Shown here piece by piece: positions 25,860 to 36,489 of a stretch of DNA of 64,000 bases. Position numbers and translations under genes: made by a program. The first letter of the stretch is position 1. Each line of letters starts with the position of its first letter. The DNA lies in the IMG/VR virus record IMGVR_UViG_3300027793_000064; one strand, given 5' to 3'. The notes below the pieces were generated by a model that worked only from the letters and a program-made list of their open reading frames with translations, was not told where the DNA came from and made no database searches. This DNA comes from an uncultured virus (IMG/VR IMGVR_UViG_3300027793_000064) (taxonomy: Duplodnaviria; Heunggongvirae; Uroviricota; Caudoviricetes).

Positions 25860-26038
25860 TCAAGAGTCATGATTTCGATATCATCATCTAAATCAGAAGT
25901 AAGCCACTCAGAAAATTCTTCTTCTAGTGCAATGGCATTTTCAATTTGGTTTTTCTTCGTCAATTTAGAAAACCTATTAATACTCCAATCACGAATGTCT
26001 AGAATTAGATTTTCCATTGAGGTTTGGTCGTCAGTCAT
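25856..26038 (-). CDS. Hypothetical protein
   Basis: ATG at 26038 lies downstream of TTGACA-N17-TACTAT (26061-26089). Confidence 0.65.
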   Translation of the reverse strand: MTDDQTSMENLILDIRDWSINRFSKLTKKNQIENAIALEEEFSEWLTSDLDDDIEIMTLD

Positions 26039-26089
26039 AAATACTTGTTGATTCCAAATCATAGTAAACCATAGTGGTAGGTCTGTCAA

Positions 26090-26506
26090 GTGTGGAACAT
26101 AAAAGGAAAAGTTATTGATGAGGTGCCAGATGGCATGGAAGGATTTGTATATCTTATAACAAATCTGGAAAACGGGAAAAAATATATCGGAAAAAAGACT
26201 TTTTGGGAAAGAAGAAAGGACAGAAAAACCGGAAGAAGAAAAAAGAAAGAAGGCAATTGGAAAAATTACTTTGGATCTTGTGATGAATTGATTGCTGATG
26301 TGAAATTATTGGGGGAAGACAAATTTCTCCGCGAGATATTATATCTCTGTCCACATAAAAAATCCATGAGTTTCTATGAAACCATGGAGCAATTTAAAAG
26401 AGATGTAATTTTAAGAGAAGATTATTACAATACGAATGTAGAAGGTAAATTCTTTAGTTCAGAAAAAGACAAAATCTATGACATTGTAATTAAATCCGAA
26501 GACTAA
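26090..26506 (+). CDS. GIY-YIG family endonuclease
   Basis: GFVYLITN..GKKYIGKK, YFGS, YYN. Confidence 0.85.
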   Translation: MWNIKGKVIDEVPDGMEGFVYLITNLENGKKYIGKKTFWERRKDRKTGRRKKKEGNWKNYFGSCDELIADVKLLGEDKFLREILYLCPHKKSMSFYETMEQFKRDVILREDYYNTNVEGKFFSSEKDKIYDIVIKSED

Positions 26507-26531
26507 AAAAGGGAGCTTTTGGCTCCCTTTT
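26505..26531. terminator. Bidirectional intrinsic terminator
   Basis: aaaaaagggagc-tttt-ggctccctttt between convergent genes. Confidence 0.8.
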
Positions 26532-26540
26532 AGTTTATGA

Positions 26541-27884
26541 TCAGCCTTCTAGATACATTTCAGTGAGTTCTAGAATTGACTCTTCTGAGAGATTTTCTAG
26601 AATTTCAAATGCATCCTCATAATTATCAGCATAACCTTCATTGATGAAATCTTCCATGATATATTGTGCTAGGAGTTCGAATTCTTCTCTTTGTGTGCGT
26701 GCTAAACGAATTTGTTTTCCTCTCTCGGCTTTAACTGTAGTAGGAGCAGTGGATGCTTTTCCACTCTTGTCTGGTCCCTTATTCCAAGGAGTCAAAGGAG
26801 TCGAAGGAGGAAGATTTCCACCTGTTCTTCTTCTTTCGCTACGATTTGCTGCAGCTGGATTGTAAACTGGTTTTTTGCCAGAAGCTTCTAGTGTTCTTAA
26901 ACCTAGTCCCGCTGGCTTTGGTTTTGGAGTGGAACCACCGGAAGTAGCTCTACGAGGTCCCTGTGCTGCTGGAGCCTTAGGACCTTGTGGCCTAGTTGTA
27001 CTTTGTTGGTGTGGTCCATGTGGACGACCAGAAGATGTAGCACTAAATGGTTCACCTACTGCGGATCTTGCAGCTGCTGATCTACCAGCTTTTCTTTCTT
27101 CATAATCGGATCTACTCATGCCTGTAGATTTGGACTGTAGTCCTCTAGCTAATTTTTTGCCCGCTCTCGCCAATAAACTACCAATTGCTCTACGCTTGGC
27201 ACCACCAGATTTCTCAACTGTAGTTTGAGTTGATGGTGCAGCATCACGACCACCACCAGAAGTAGTTGTAGTAGTTACTCTAGTTCTTTCTGCTTCTCTG
27301 CCGGCTCTTTCTGTGCTTCTACCTGCTTTATATGCAGATGCGACACCTTTACGAACTCCTTTACGAACAACCCCTCTAAGGGCAGCCATGGCCTCTCCTG
27401 CTTTGCCCTTAGCACGATCATAAGCACCAGCAGCAGCTTGTTTGCCAGCTCTCATGGCACCCATAGCAGCAGATCCAACACCAGTTGCCGCACCCTGCAC
27501 TGCCTTACCTGCCGATCTGAGAGCACCAGTTACAGCAGCTTTTCTTGCTTCTTTTCTTGCTTGTGCCTTTTCTCCAGAAACTTGCTGTAGAGTTGCTTGT
27601 CTTTCTGCTTGTCTTTGTGCCATCCTTTGAGGAGACATTCTAACGGCTTCAAATAGAGCCTCTTCTAGAATCACATCATCAGAAAATACACTCTCAATTA
27701 AATTATAAGACTCATCAAGAGTATTACCATAATCCATAAACTCCCAAAGAAGAGATTCCATGACCTCTTCAATTTCCTCTTGCATGAGATAGTCTACGAA
27801 TCTAAGATTCTCATAGAATGTCTCATCCGCTTTTCTTGGGTTGTATAGGTTACCGTAGGCTTCGGTTAAATAGTATTTCGACAT
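26541..27884 (-). CDS. Hypothetical late protein with acidic ends and a basic low-complexity middle (probable internal virion protein)
   Basis: 447-aa ORF; TATAAATA at 27918-27925. Confidence 0.8.
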   Translation of the reverse strand: MSKYYLTEAYGNLYNPRKADETFYENLRFVDYLMQEEIEEVMESLLWEFMDYGNTLDESYNLIESVFSDDVILEEALFEAVRMSPQRMAQRQAERQATLQQVSGEKAQARKEARKAAVTGALRSAGKAVQGAATGVGSAAMGAMRAGKQAAAGAYDRAKGKAGEAMAALRGVVRKGVRKGVASAYKAGRSTERAGREAERTRVTTTTTSGGGRDAAPSTQTTVEKSGGAKRRAIGSLLARAGKKLARGLQSKSTGMSRSDYEERKAGRSAAARSAVGEPFSATSSGRPHGPHQQSTTRPQGPKAPAAQGPRRATSGGSTPKPKPAGLGLRTLEASGKKPVYNPAAANRSERRRTGGNLPPSTPLTPWNKGPDKSGKASTAPTTVKAERGKQIRLARTQREEFELLAQYIMEDFINEGYADNYEDAFEILENLSEESILELTEMYLEG

Positions 27885-27917
27885 TTGTATAAAAAAAATT
27901 CTTATTTGTCTTTATGT

Positions 27918-27948
27918 ATTTATAAAAAAAGGGAGCTTATGCTCCCTT
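27918..27948 (-). terminator. nrdB terminator fused to a late promoter
   Basis: GGGAGC-ATAA-GCTCCC-TTTTTT-TATAAATA. Confidence 0.8.
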
Positions 27949-27952
27949 AAAA

Positions 27953-29146
27953 TTAAAGTTTAAATCCGCTAAAAGTATCAGTTTTCATATCTTGTTTGAT
28001 GCCACCAATTAAGTATTGCTCTGCTTCCACTTCTTGTGGGGCCACTTGAAGACCTTTAGACTCAATCCAATGGGAAGTCCAAGGAAGTGGATTATTATTT
28101 GCAGCAATATTGTATTGTGGTTTTAATCCTATTGATTTCAATCTACGATTCGCAATCCATTCAACATATTGCTGAAGAAGTTTATCATTAAGTCCGATCA
28201 TGCTACCATCTTTGAACAGATAATCTGCCCATTTCTTTTCTTCATTTACAGCACGATCAAACATTTTATAGACCCATGCCTCTTCTTCTTTAGCAATTTG
28301 CTTCATTTCCGGATCATCGCCATCACGCCATTTGTTCAATATATTTTGAGTAATAACTAGATGTTGATTTTCGTCTCTGGCAATTAAAGAGATGATCTTT
28401 GCTGATCCTTCCATGAGCTTAAGTTCGCCGAATGCGAAACTACAAGCAAAACTAACGTAGAACCTAATACCTTCAAGAATGTTAACATTTGCGATTGCTC
28501 TATAGAGTTTTCTCTTAACATCGTTGAGTGTTTCCTTTGCGTATGTGACTCCCTCAAGATTATGCATCCAAGTATCAGATACACCATATTGTTGTGCGGA
28601 TTGAATAAAGTCATCATAAGATTCTGTAACGCTCTTAGCACGCTCTAGAATGCGATCATCAGTAATAATAGTATCAAACACCTCAGATGGATCCGAATAA
28701 ACATTTTTGATGATGTAAGTATATGAGCGACTATGAATCATTTCCATGAACCCCCACACTTCCATACATGCTTCCAGTTCAGGAAGTGAGCAATATGGAA
28801 TAAATGCCATACCAGGGCCTCGACCTTGGATGGAATCAAGCATAATTTGATATTTCAAATTAGAAGTAAAAATATGCTTTTGTTCTGGTCTTAGAGTTTG
28901 ATAATCCCCACGATCTTTTTGTAGTGAAACTTCTTCTGGTCTCCAGAAATAACTCAACTGCTGTTGAGTCAGTTTATCGAAAATTGGATACTTATATGAA
29001 TCATACCTTTGAACCCCCAGCGGCTTACCAAAAAACATAGGTTGTTTCTTGGTATTAACTTGTTCGGTGTTAAAGACTGTCATTCCTTTAATTTTCGTTT
29101 GAGTATCTTCAGTAGAAGAAATTTTAAATTGCATGTTAGTCCCCAT
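27953..29146 (-). CDS. nrdB: Ribonucleotide reductase class Ia beta subunit
   Basis: FWRPEEV, EMIHSRSY, LEGIRFYVSF, RDENQH. Confidence 0.97.
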   Translation of the reverse strand: MGTNMQFKISSTEDTQTKIKGMTVFNTEQVNTKKQPMFFGKPLGVQRYDSYKYPIFDKLTQQQLSYFWRPEEVSLQKDRGDYQTLRPEQKHIFTSNLKYQIMLDSIQGRGPGMAFIPYCSLPELEACMEVWGFMEMIHSRSYTYIIKNVYSDPSEVFDTIITDDRILERAKSVTESYDDFIQSAQQYGVSDTWMHNLEGVTYAKETLNDVKRKLYRAIANVNILEGIRFYVSFACSFAFGELKLMEGSAKIISLIARDENQHLVITQNILNKWRDGDDPEMKQIAKEEEAWVYKMFDRAVNEEKKWADYLFKDGSMIGLNDKLLQQYVEWIANRRLKSIGLKPQYNIAANNNPLPWTSHWIESKGLQVAPQEVEAEQYLIGGIKQDMKTDTFSGFKL

Positions 29147-29168
29147 TCACATTGAATATTTAAGCAAA

Positions 29169-31484
29169 TCAAATAGTACAACTTTCACAATCACTTTCTT
29201 GCGATTCCAAGATGTCATCCAATAATGATTGTAATTCTTGTTTTGGTTCTTCTGCTACCTCATCAGTTTTAATGTCATAAGTGTTTTGGTAGTATGCCGT
29301 CTTATGTCCGTACTTATATGTGGTAAGAAAATCATTTGCCATCACTGAAACTGGCACCTCATTATCTGGATAGTTTTCTGGATTATAAGACCAATTCCCA
29401 GAGATTGCCTGATCGAAGAACTTTTGCATCACAGCAACAATATTAATATAACCACGATTGGACCCCATATCCCAAAGAAGCGTATAATTGTTCTTAAGAG
29501 TGTGATATTGAGGAACAATCTGTTTGAGTGGGCCTTTCTTGGATTTTTTAATGGACAAGTACCCTCTAGGAGGTTCAATTCCGTTGGTTGCATTTGACAC
29601 AACGGAACTGCTCTCCGATGGCATTTGTGCGGACAATGTTGAGTGCCGAAGTCCATACTCCAAGATAGATGCTCTAAGAGTTTCCCAATCATGTTCCAAA
29701 CCAATAGAAGAAATTTCGTCTACATCTTTTTTGTAAGTATCAACTGGAAGAATTCCATCAGCATACTTGGTACGACCAAAGTATTCACAATATCCTTTTT
29801 CTTTGGCAAGTTGATTTGATGCCTTTAGAAGGTAATATTGGAATGACTCAGAAAGACCATGGACCGCATCCCATGCTTCCTGAGAATCATAATTGAATCC
29901 AAGTTTTGCCAAATAATGAGCGAGACCAATATACCCAATTCCCAATGATCTACGACGCTTTGTGAAGTTTTCTGCCGCTTTTACTGGATATTCCTGATAA
30001 TCTATCAATTCATCCAAAGAACGAACGGTAAGATCACAGAGTTCTTCTAGTTCTTCATCAGATTTCACTTTACCAACATTGATAGCAGATAGAATGCAGG
30101 TAGCAATTTCAGCATAATTATCATCGTCGATGTGCTGAATAGGTGTTGTCGGCTCAGTGATTTCTTGGCACAAATTACTCATGGTAATTTGATCTTTATA
30201 AGAACTATGAGAATTACAATGATCTATATTCATTATGTAAATTCGACCAGTTTCTGCTCGTTCTTTTAAGACATTCAATATTAATTCTTGTGCCTTAACT
30301 TTTTTCTTTGGGATCGAAGGATTGTTTTCATAAGATACATAGAGATCATCGAATGTGGGTAGTCCAAAGTTATCATAGAGTCCAGGCACATCGTTTGGAG
30401 AGAAGAGCGTGATTTCTTCATTTTTGATGAACCTTTCATAAAATATCTTACTAAATTGAATGGAATAATCTAGTTTACGAACACGATTATCTTCTGTTCC
30501 TTTATTGTTTTTAAGAACAATAATATCTTCTATTTCTTGGTGCCAGATTGGGAAGTGGACTGTCGCGGATCCACCTCGTATGCCATTTTGCGTGCAACAT
30601 CTGACAGTTGCTTCAAACTTCTTGAGAAATGGTACAACACCAGTATGTTGAACTTCTCCCCCTCTGATTTTGCCGTTGATGCCACGGATCCGACCAGCGT
30701 TGATGCCGATTCCCGCCCTCTGTGCAACATATCTACCAATAGCCATATCACTGCTAAAGATAGAATCGAGGGTGTCATCAACATCAACAAGAACACAACT
30801 AGCAAATTGTCTAAGTGGCGTTCTAACTCCTGCCATGATGGGAGTTGGGATGTTGATTTTGTGCTTTGAGATTGCGTCATAATACCTCTTTATATAAGAA
30901 AGACGAGTTTCTTTTGGGTACCTAGAAAACATCGTAAGAGCAATCATAATGTACATAAATTGTGGGGTTTCGTACAATTTGCCAGTACTACGATCTTGTA
31001 CCAAATACTTATCTACGACTTGCCGTAATCCAGCATATGTAAACAAAAAGTCTCTGTCATGATCAATGTAAGAATTTACTTTATCAATATCTTCTTTTGA
31101 GTAATAGTCATAAATCTGATGATCATATATCTTCAAAGAAACGCAATTATTAATATGATCTTCCAAATGAGGAATATCTATTGTCCCACCAAAGATTTTT
31201 TTACGAATAGAAAATAAAAGAAGTCGTGCCGCAACATACTGATAATTGGGAGCTTCTAGAGAAATCAAATCGGAAGCAGATCTGATGAGTATTTCTTGGA
31301 TTTCATCCGTGGTAATTCCATCATAAAATTGAATACCAGATGTCATTTCTACTTGAGATGCAGAAACGCCGGAGAGCCCCCTACAAGCCTCACCAACCAT
31401 CAGGTGCATCTTATCCAGAGCCAAACCCTCGATCCTTCCATTTCTTTTTTGGACTTTAATTCCGTTGGTCATACTTTTTTCCAT
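29169..31484 (-). CDS. nrdA: Ribonucleotide reductase class Ia alpha subunit
   Basis: ATP cone, PTPIMAG, FASCVL, SNLCQEI, C-terminal CESC. Confidence 0.97.
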   Translation of the reverse strand: MEKSMTNGIKVQKRNGRIEGLALDKMHLMVGEACRGLSGVSASQVEMTSGIQFYDGITTDEIQEILIRSASDLISLEAPNYQYVAARLLLFSIRKKIFGGTIDIPHLEDHINNCVSLKIYDHQIYDYYSKEDIDKVNSYIDHDRDFLFTYAGLRQVVDKYLVQDRSTGKLYETPQFMYIMIALTMFSRYPKETRLSYIKRYYDAISKHKINIPTPIMAGVRTPLRQFASCVLVDVDDTLDSIFSSDMAIGRYVAQRAGIGINAGRIRGINGKIRGGEVQHTGVVPFLKKFEATVRCCTQNGIRGGSATVHFPIWHQEIEDIIVLKNNKGTEDNRVRKLDYSIQFSKIFYERFIKNEEITLFSPNDVPGLYDNFGLPTFDDLYVSYENNPSIPKKKVKAQELILNVLKERAETGRIYIMNIDHCNSHSSYKDQITMSNLCQEITEPTTPIQHIDDDNYAEIATCILSAINVGKVKSDEELEELCDLTVRSLDELIDYQEYPVKAAENFTKRRRSLGIGYIGLAHYLAKLGFNYDSQEAWDAVHGLSESFQYYLLKASNQLAKEKGYCEYFGRTKYADGILPVDTYKKDVDEISSIGLEHDWETLRASILEYGLRHSTLSAQMPSESSSVVSNATNGIEPPRGYLSIKKSKKGPLKQIVPQYHTLKNNYTLLWDMGSNRGYINIVAVMQKFFDQAISGNWSYNPENYPDNEVPVSVMANDFLTTYKYGHKTAYYQNTYDIKTDEVAEEPKQELQSLLDDILESQESDCESCTI

Positions 31485-32443
31485 TCGTTAAACTTAAGTT
31501 TTGCTTCTAAGCCAGAGTAAGTATTTAATTCTATCATGGATTGGACATTATGTCCAGACAGAAACATTTCATTTACATCTTTTTCTTTAATCGTAATTGG
31601 CCATATTACAATTGAATCGCCAGACTGAATTTTAGAATCCATTCTTTTATGAATTTCTATATTCCTCGGCTCATTATCATAAACATAAACTGGACGAGAA
31701 ATATTTAGATCTACTAAGTTCAAATCGGATCCACACATTGCAATTGAATTTTTAATAAATGTAGAATCGAATGGACCTTCTAGTACATAAACGAATTGGT
31801 CCAAATCCACATCATCATAACCATAAAGTTTTGGAGAGTCTTTATCTAACATTATGGTAATATATTTTATTGGACTTGGGTCCAACGATCTTCCCTGGAA
31901 TCCAACTAATTCTTTTTTATAATACAATGGAATTATTATTCTAGGTTCTTCATATTTTAAACTTTTTTCATCAAATGTATGGATTAAAGAATTAGTCCAT
32001 TCTTTAAATTTTTCTGCGTAATAAAATTTAGATGCGTCCAATTTTCTATATTCTAGATACCTCTTTGACCTTTCGTTTTCTGAAGCTTTAGGTAAATTTA
32101 ATCTAGTTTTAAATTTAGGTTTTTGAAACTTAAATTTTGGAGCCTCTGCTGTGAAGTTCTTTCCAGTAAATCCGGAGGAATATTTTTCCAAACAATATTC
32201 TTGATGCAGAACTGGATCAAATGTTTTTAAGAAATTATTGAGTGACACATTAATTCCACAATTATGGCACTTATAATTTGTATTATTTTTCACAGAGTAA
32301 AAATATCCCCTTGCTCTGGATTTGTTCTTCCTAGAATCTCCACAAATTGGACACCTGCAGTTGTATAGATTCTGGTTCTTTTTCGCAAATTTATCTACTC
32401 TTGAAGATATAAGATTGATGTACTTATCATCAATTAGATCCAT
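31469..32443 (-). CDS. gp61: DNA primase (T4 gp61)
   Basis: CPICGDS...CHNC zinc finger; EGPFDS; YDNE TOPRIM. Confidence 0.95.
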   Translation of the reverse strand: MDLIDDKYINLISSRVDKFAKKNQNLYNCRCPICGDSRKNKSRARGYFYSVKNNTNYKCHNCGINVSLNNFLKTFDPVLHQEYCLEKYSSGFTGKNFTAEAPKFKFQKPKFKTRLNLPKASENERSKRYLEYRKLDASKFYYAEKFKEWTNSLIHTFDEKSLKYEEPRIIIPLYYKKELVGFQGRSLDPSPIKYITIMLDKDSPKLYGYDDVDLDQFVYVLEGPFDSTFIKNSIAMCGSDLNLVDLNISRPVYVYDNEPRNIEIHKRMDSKIQSGDSIVIWPITIKEKDVNEMFLSGHNVQSMIELNTYSGLEAKLKFNEWKKV

Positions 32444-32469
32444 AATCTAAAATTAACCTTTGGTTCTTT

Positions 32470-32498
32470 AGTATACCACCAATAGCCCAGAGCGTCAA
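32470..32498 (-). promoter_or_regulatory. Sigma70-type promoter for primase-nrdAB
   Basis: TTGACG-N17-TATACT. Confidence 0.7.
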
Positions 32499-32502
32499 GC
32501 CC

Positions 32503-32916
32503 TCACTTGAATGGTCTGTTTAATTGGTGGTGCTGTTGCATCTCTGATGGAGTCCACCAACCGGATGCCAAAGAAGACAATGCTCCAGTCAGTACTACAA
32601 GAAGAACACCACAACCAACAGTCATCCATTTAATTTTATTAATTTCTTGTACTTTTTCTTCTATTGATTCTATTCTTCTTATGACTTGGGTATGATCTTT
32701 GTGGTTATCTGATTTAACATCATCTATCATCTTCACAATGATATTATCAGATTTATTACATTGTTCTATTCTTTCATCGTGCACAGCTAACATTTTCATT
32801 ATATTAGAATTGACTTCACTTAATTTTTCAATGGCGTCATCTAACTTATGTACTATATTAGAAAAGTCTAATAACTTTTGCTCTAGAACTGCTAACTTTA
32901 CTGCTTCTTCTGACAT
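32503..32916 (-). CDS. Coiled-coil protein with C-terminal TM helix
   Basis: LAVHDERIE; KWMTVGCGVLLVVL. Confidence 0.75.
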   Translation of the reverse strand: MSEEAVKLAVLEQKLLDFSNIVHKLDDAIEKLSEVNSNIMKMLAVHDERIEQCNKSDNIIVKMIDDVKSDNHKDHTQVIRRIESIEEKVQEINKIKWMTVGCGVLLVVLTGALSSLASGWWTPSEMQQHHQLNRPFK

Positions 32917-32983
32917 GTTAGTGAATTTTAATTTTTCTCTGTCTTTAATCCACCAACAAATGAATTATACTAATATTTATATT

Positions 32984-33217
32984 TTACAAGAGTCCCATTG
33001 ACTTTAACCACTTTTCGTATTTCTGGTGATATTGTTTTGTTCTCTTATCAACTAAACCACCTATAGTTCTGCGAAACATTCCCAATTCTGCTTTTGGGTC
33101 GAACCCGGCTGTTGGTCCTTCATTTGGTGAACTTCCGCTAAATGCTCCTCCCTGTCCTGGAGCATTTGCTACCATGTTTTCTCTTACAATTTGGATTACT
33201 CTGTCTAACTTACTCAT
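32984..33217 (-). CDS. Hypothetical protein
   Basis: ORF track; GPTAGFDP. Confidence 0.7.
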   Translation of the reverse strand: MSKLDRVIQIVRENMVANAPGQGGAFSGSSPNEGPTAGFDPKAELGMFRRTIGGLVDKRTKQYHQKYEKWLKSMGLL

Positions 33218-33590
33218 TTGTAATTTTTTCCAATTCTTGTGCGCAAAAAATATCTATTGGAATGTCATGTATATACCCTCTTGGATACTCAGGCAATTTA
33301 TTCAAAAAGACCACAAAAGTTTTCATGTAAGGCCATAAATCATTATCAATTTTAAAAAACAACATTGGAGTAGTTGCTTCCCCAAATATATTATAAAGAA
33401 TCACAAAATGGTTAATTAACAGGTGCGTTTTTAACACACCTGTATTTTTATACCTTCTGAATAATCTTTTTATATATTTAAAATGATTTAAATCTCTATC
33501 AAAATCTTCTTTGGTCACTGCCTGAGGATTTTCATAATTTTTAATCGCAAATAAGAGAAAATTTTCCTCATTCAGTTCAGTAAACAGCAT
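33210..33590 (-). CDS. Conserved T4-like hypothetical protein
   Basis: FAIKNYENP...HLLINHF..LYNIF. Confidence 0.8.
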   Translation of the reverse strand: MLFTELNEENFLLFAIKNYENPQAVTKEDFDRDLNHFKYIKRLFRRYKNTGVLKTHLLINHFVILYNIFGEATTPMLFFKIDNDLWPYMKTFVVFLNKLPEYPRGYIHDIPIDIFCAQELEKITNE

Positions 33591-33596
33591 GTAATA

Positions 33597-34358
33597 TCAA
33601 GCTAATGGATTTGAATCGTATAATGGGGTATTTCCAGTTTGAATTCCAGACATTGCCACTAGGGTCTCAGTTTTAACTCTAAGACTACCAGATGCGTCAA
33701 TATATGTAGTCATCCCAACCCAACCAGCATGTGTTAGTGCATATGAAGTTGTTTGCGCAGAATCTAGTCCTGCACCAGCAACACCATAGACTGAAGAATT
33801 CTGCTCTCCTGTCAATCTTGTAACAGTCACTTGAGCGCCAGATGCAATTGCAACATTAATTGTAGATGCAAGAGAAACAATAGAGCCAGTAACTGAAGCT
33901 ACTGATCTTGATACGGTACCACTAGCTAATGTATCTCCAGTCTGTATACCAGAAACTGAAACTAGAGTTACTTTATCTGAGCCAATACCAGAAGTAGCTG
34001 CAGCTGATGTTCTAACAACTAGTGTCGTTTCTGCTGCTGATTGTGTTTTTTGAGTATATACACTGTCCCAAGTAGTATATTTTGGCAATTCACTTATATC
34101 AAATTGAACTCCAGAAATACTTGCACCACTAAGAGCAGAAGTAGAAGCAATGGAAAGTTGAGTAGTACTAGCAATCCCAACAATAATCGCATCACCAAAA
34201 TAACTGTTAGGTCTTGTACCAAAACGAATTATATCTCCAATTGCAGCAGCACCAACTTGACCAAAAGTAGTTCCGCTACCGGTTACAACAAGAGTAGCGT
34301 AATCTAAAGATACTGTACCACCAGATCCTTTAGCATCATTATTTCCCCAGAGTGCCAT
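33597..34358 (-). CDS. Putative virion structural protein
   Basis: MALWG N-terminus, S/T/G-rich, HAGWV...ETLVAM; late promoter at ~34392. Confidence 0.75.
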   Translation of the reverse strand: MALWGNNDAKGSGGTVSLDYATLVVTGSGTTFGQVGAAAIGDIIRFGTRPNSYFGDAIIVGIASTTQLSIASTSALSGASISGVQFDISELPKYTTWDSVYTQKTQSAAETTLVVRTSAAATSGIGSDKVTLVSVSGIQTGDTLASGTVSRSVASVTGSIVSLASTINVAIASGAQVTVTRLTGEQNSSVYGVAGAGLDSAQTTSYALTHAGWVGMTTYIDASGSLRVKTETLVAMSGIQTGNTPLYDSNPLA

Positions 34359-34391
34359 GTCTTTTTTCCGTAAAGATTATTTTATATGAAT

Positions 34392-34430
34392 ATTTATAAA
34401 AAAAGAGACCTACTAACAAGGTCTCTTTTT
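34392..34430 (-). terminator. Terminator fused to a late promoter
   Basis: AAGAGACC...GGTCTC-TTTTTT-TATAAATA. Confidence 0.75.
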
Positions 34431-34449
34431 AATTTATGTTAGCAAAAAA

Positions 34450-34620
34450 TCAGCAATTTTTTAGGAGTGCAGTTCTTACTGTTCCGGCAATTACATCATC
34501 AATATCGTTATCTGTAGTCTTAACATAACGATCAAGTAACTCAACTACAAGACGCTTTGTGTGACAAGAATTTAATGCAGCAAAAATGAGTGGCTTTACA
34601 ACTTCTACTAGTACTCCCAT
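34450..34620 (-). CDS. Small hypothetical protein (56 aa)
   Basis: AGGAGG RBS; MGVLVEVVKPLIF...TDNDIDD. Confidence 0.7.
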   Translation of the reverse strand: MGVLVEVVKPLIFAALNSCHTKRLVVELLDRYVKTTDNDIDDVIAGTVRTALLKNC

Positions 34621-34666
34621 AATGTCCTCCTTTTTAATTTTTTTGGATAATATCCGGAACTATTTA

Positions 34667-35122
34667 TCAATCGATGATGCTTTGTCGGTAAAGATTTATA
34701 AACTCTTTTAGTTTTAGTGTAAGTTGTCTAGTTCTTGGCTTTGGTGTTTTTGGTCTTTTTTCTGGTTTTTTCAACTTTGGCTTCTTATATGGTTTTACCT
34801 TTAGATCTTTATGTGCCGGAATGCCAGGAATCCATGGTTCGAGGACACGCTGTGGTTTTGGAGTTTCTTTTTTTTGTGGAGGTTCTGGTTTTTCTATTTC
34901 TGGAGCAACCGTCATATAAGAAACTCCACCACCAGGTTTTTGTGGCTTTGGTTCTTTTTTGGTTGGTTCTGATGCTCTCCAATCTAAAGTTGGACCAGTT
35001 CTCCCTCTGGTTCTGCTTCTTGGTGAAAGTTGTCCAGTTGGTTTATCTCTTCTTGGAGAAGACCCCCAAGTAGGAAATGCCTCATCAATCCTAGAAAGAA
35101 ATTGATTGAATGTAATGGACAT
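34667..35122 (-). CDS. Basic Pro/Lys-rich hypothetical protein
   Basis: ORF track; N-terminus ITFNQFLSRIDE. Confidence 0.7.
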   Translation of the reverse strand: MSITFNQFLSRIDEAFPTWGSSPRRDKPTGQLSPRSRTRGRTGPTLDWRASEPTKKEPKPQKPGGGVSYMTVAPEIEKPEPPQKKETPKPQRVLEPWIPGIPAHKDLKVKPYKKPKLKKPEKRPKTPKPRTRQLTLKLKEFINLYRQSIID

Positions 35123-35124
35123 AA

Positions 35125-36462
35125 TCAGCCCTCTTTCTTTCTGGGAAGTCCTTCGTGCTTAGTTTTTGCAAACTTACGAATTTTGGCTTCGGACATACCA
35201 TCGACAATTTCTAGAACTTGCTTACTTACTTCAGACCTTGGAGTTTCGCCTCTTTTAACTGAAAGTGCTAAACCAAAAATCTTCTGCTGTTGCTCACTTT
35301 CTGCTTTTTCTAAAAGAAATGATTCAATTTCCTCTCTGACTCCAACTCTTCTTTTTGCGGTTTCTTTTGCAGCCGCAGTTACAGCAGCTTTAGTAACTCG
35401 TTTTGCACCTTTAATTAAAGCAGCCTGGACATTCCTACCCGCTTTAGTTTCCATTGGTGCTCTCATACCAGATCCAATTTCAGATGCTGCTTTTGTTGCA
35501 GTTGAAGCCGCTTTTCTGACAGTTTGTGCTGTTTGACGAGCACCAGAAACGGCTTGACGGTGCCTTTGCATTCCTTGCTGATATTGAGTGGAAACAGTTT
35601 TTGCTGCTCCCATTATTCCCCTAGCAAGTGCATCTAAGGCTGGTCTAGCTTTTGGTTGAGTTGCTACTGCTTTTTTTACTAACTCATTACCTCTAGAGAC
35701 TGTAACTTTTCGTGCTACAGTTCGCATCTTTTTGGCTGCTTCTCTATCATCAATTCCTGCTTTTATTTTTGCTATTTTTCGAGCTTTCTCTTCTGGAGTT
35801 GTTGGTACTCGTTTTGCTTTCCTTGCTTCAGTTAATATAAGATCTTCAGAAATACAGAAGACATACTCAAGGAACTTATCGACTCCAAGGTCTTCAATAA
35901 CCATTTCGAGTCCTTCTTCATTCAAACCCTGCTCATAAAAATACTCGGCAGCAATGTCGATAATTTGATCAATATATTCTTCAGTCAACTCTACACTTTC
36001 GCCTATATTAACATTAGGGTTAATATCTACTTTATTGACAATACCAGAACGCTCTTTGATTTGTCTCTGTTTTGCATCTTCGATATCTGCTTCGACATCT
36101 CCTACTTTTTCATATAAATCATACCTCCAATCAGAATAAGATTCATCCATTTTTTTCTTTTTTCTTTTTGGTGGATCTCCGTCTGGGGTACGTCCCATAG
36201 CTCTTTGTATTGCATTATGCCTTGATCCAAGAAATTCGTCTTCTCCACTTTCTACTTTGCCATCTTCATCATAATCAGCGTCTGCTTCATCGCCATCGTC
36301 ATCATCATTATCTTTCTCATCTTCATCGTCATTCTTCATCTTCTTATTCTTTTCTTCAATATACTGAAGATATTCATCTCTTTCTGAGATTACCATACCA
36401 GAAACAGATTCCAAATAAATCTGTTTCATTTCATTTAGACTTTCTACGATACGATCAGACAT
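35125..36462 (-). CDS. Hypothetical (probable internal virion) protein
   Basis: D-x-D-x-DG motif, acidic and basic blocks, C-terminal AESEQQQKIFGLAL...FAKTKHEGLP. Confidence 0.8.
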   Translation of the reverse strand: MSDRIVESLNEMKQIYLESVSGMVISERDEYLQYIEEKNKKMKNDDEDEKDNDDDDGDEADADYDEDGKVESGEDEFLGSRHNAIQRAMGRTPDGDPPKRKKKKMDESYSDWRYDLYEKVGDVEADIEDAKQRQIKERSGIVNKVDINPNVNIGESVELTEEYIDQIIDIAAEYFYEQGLNEEGLEMVIEDLGVDKFLEYVFCISEDLILTEARKAKRVPTTPEEKARKIAKIKAGIDDREAAKKMRTVARKVTVSRGNELVKKAVATQPKARPALDALARGIMGAAKTVSTQYQQGMQRHRQAVSGARQTAQTVRKAASTATKAASEIGSGMRAPMETKAGRNVQAALIKGAKRVTKAAVTAAAKETAKRRVGVREEIESFLLEKAESEQQQKIFGLALSVKRGETPRSEVSKQVLEIVDGMSEAKIRKFAKTKHEGLPRKKEG

Positions 36463-36489
36463 CTGTATAAATTCTTAAAACCTATACAT

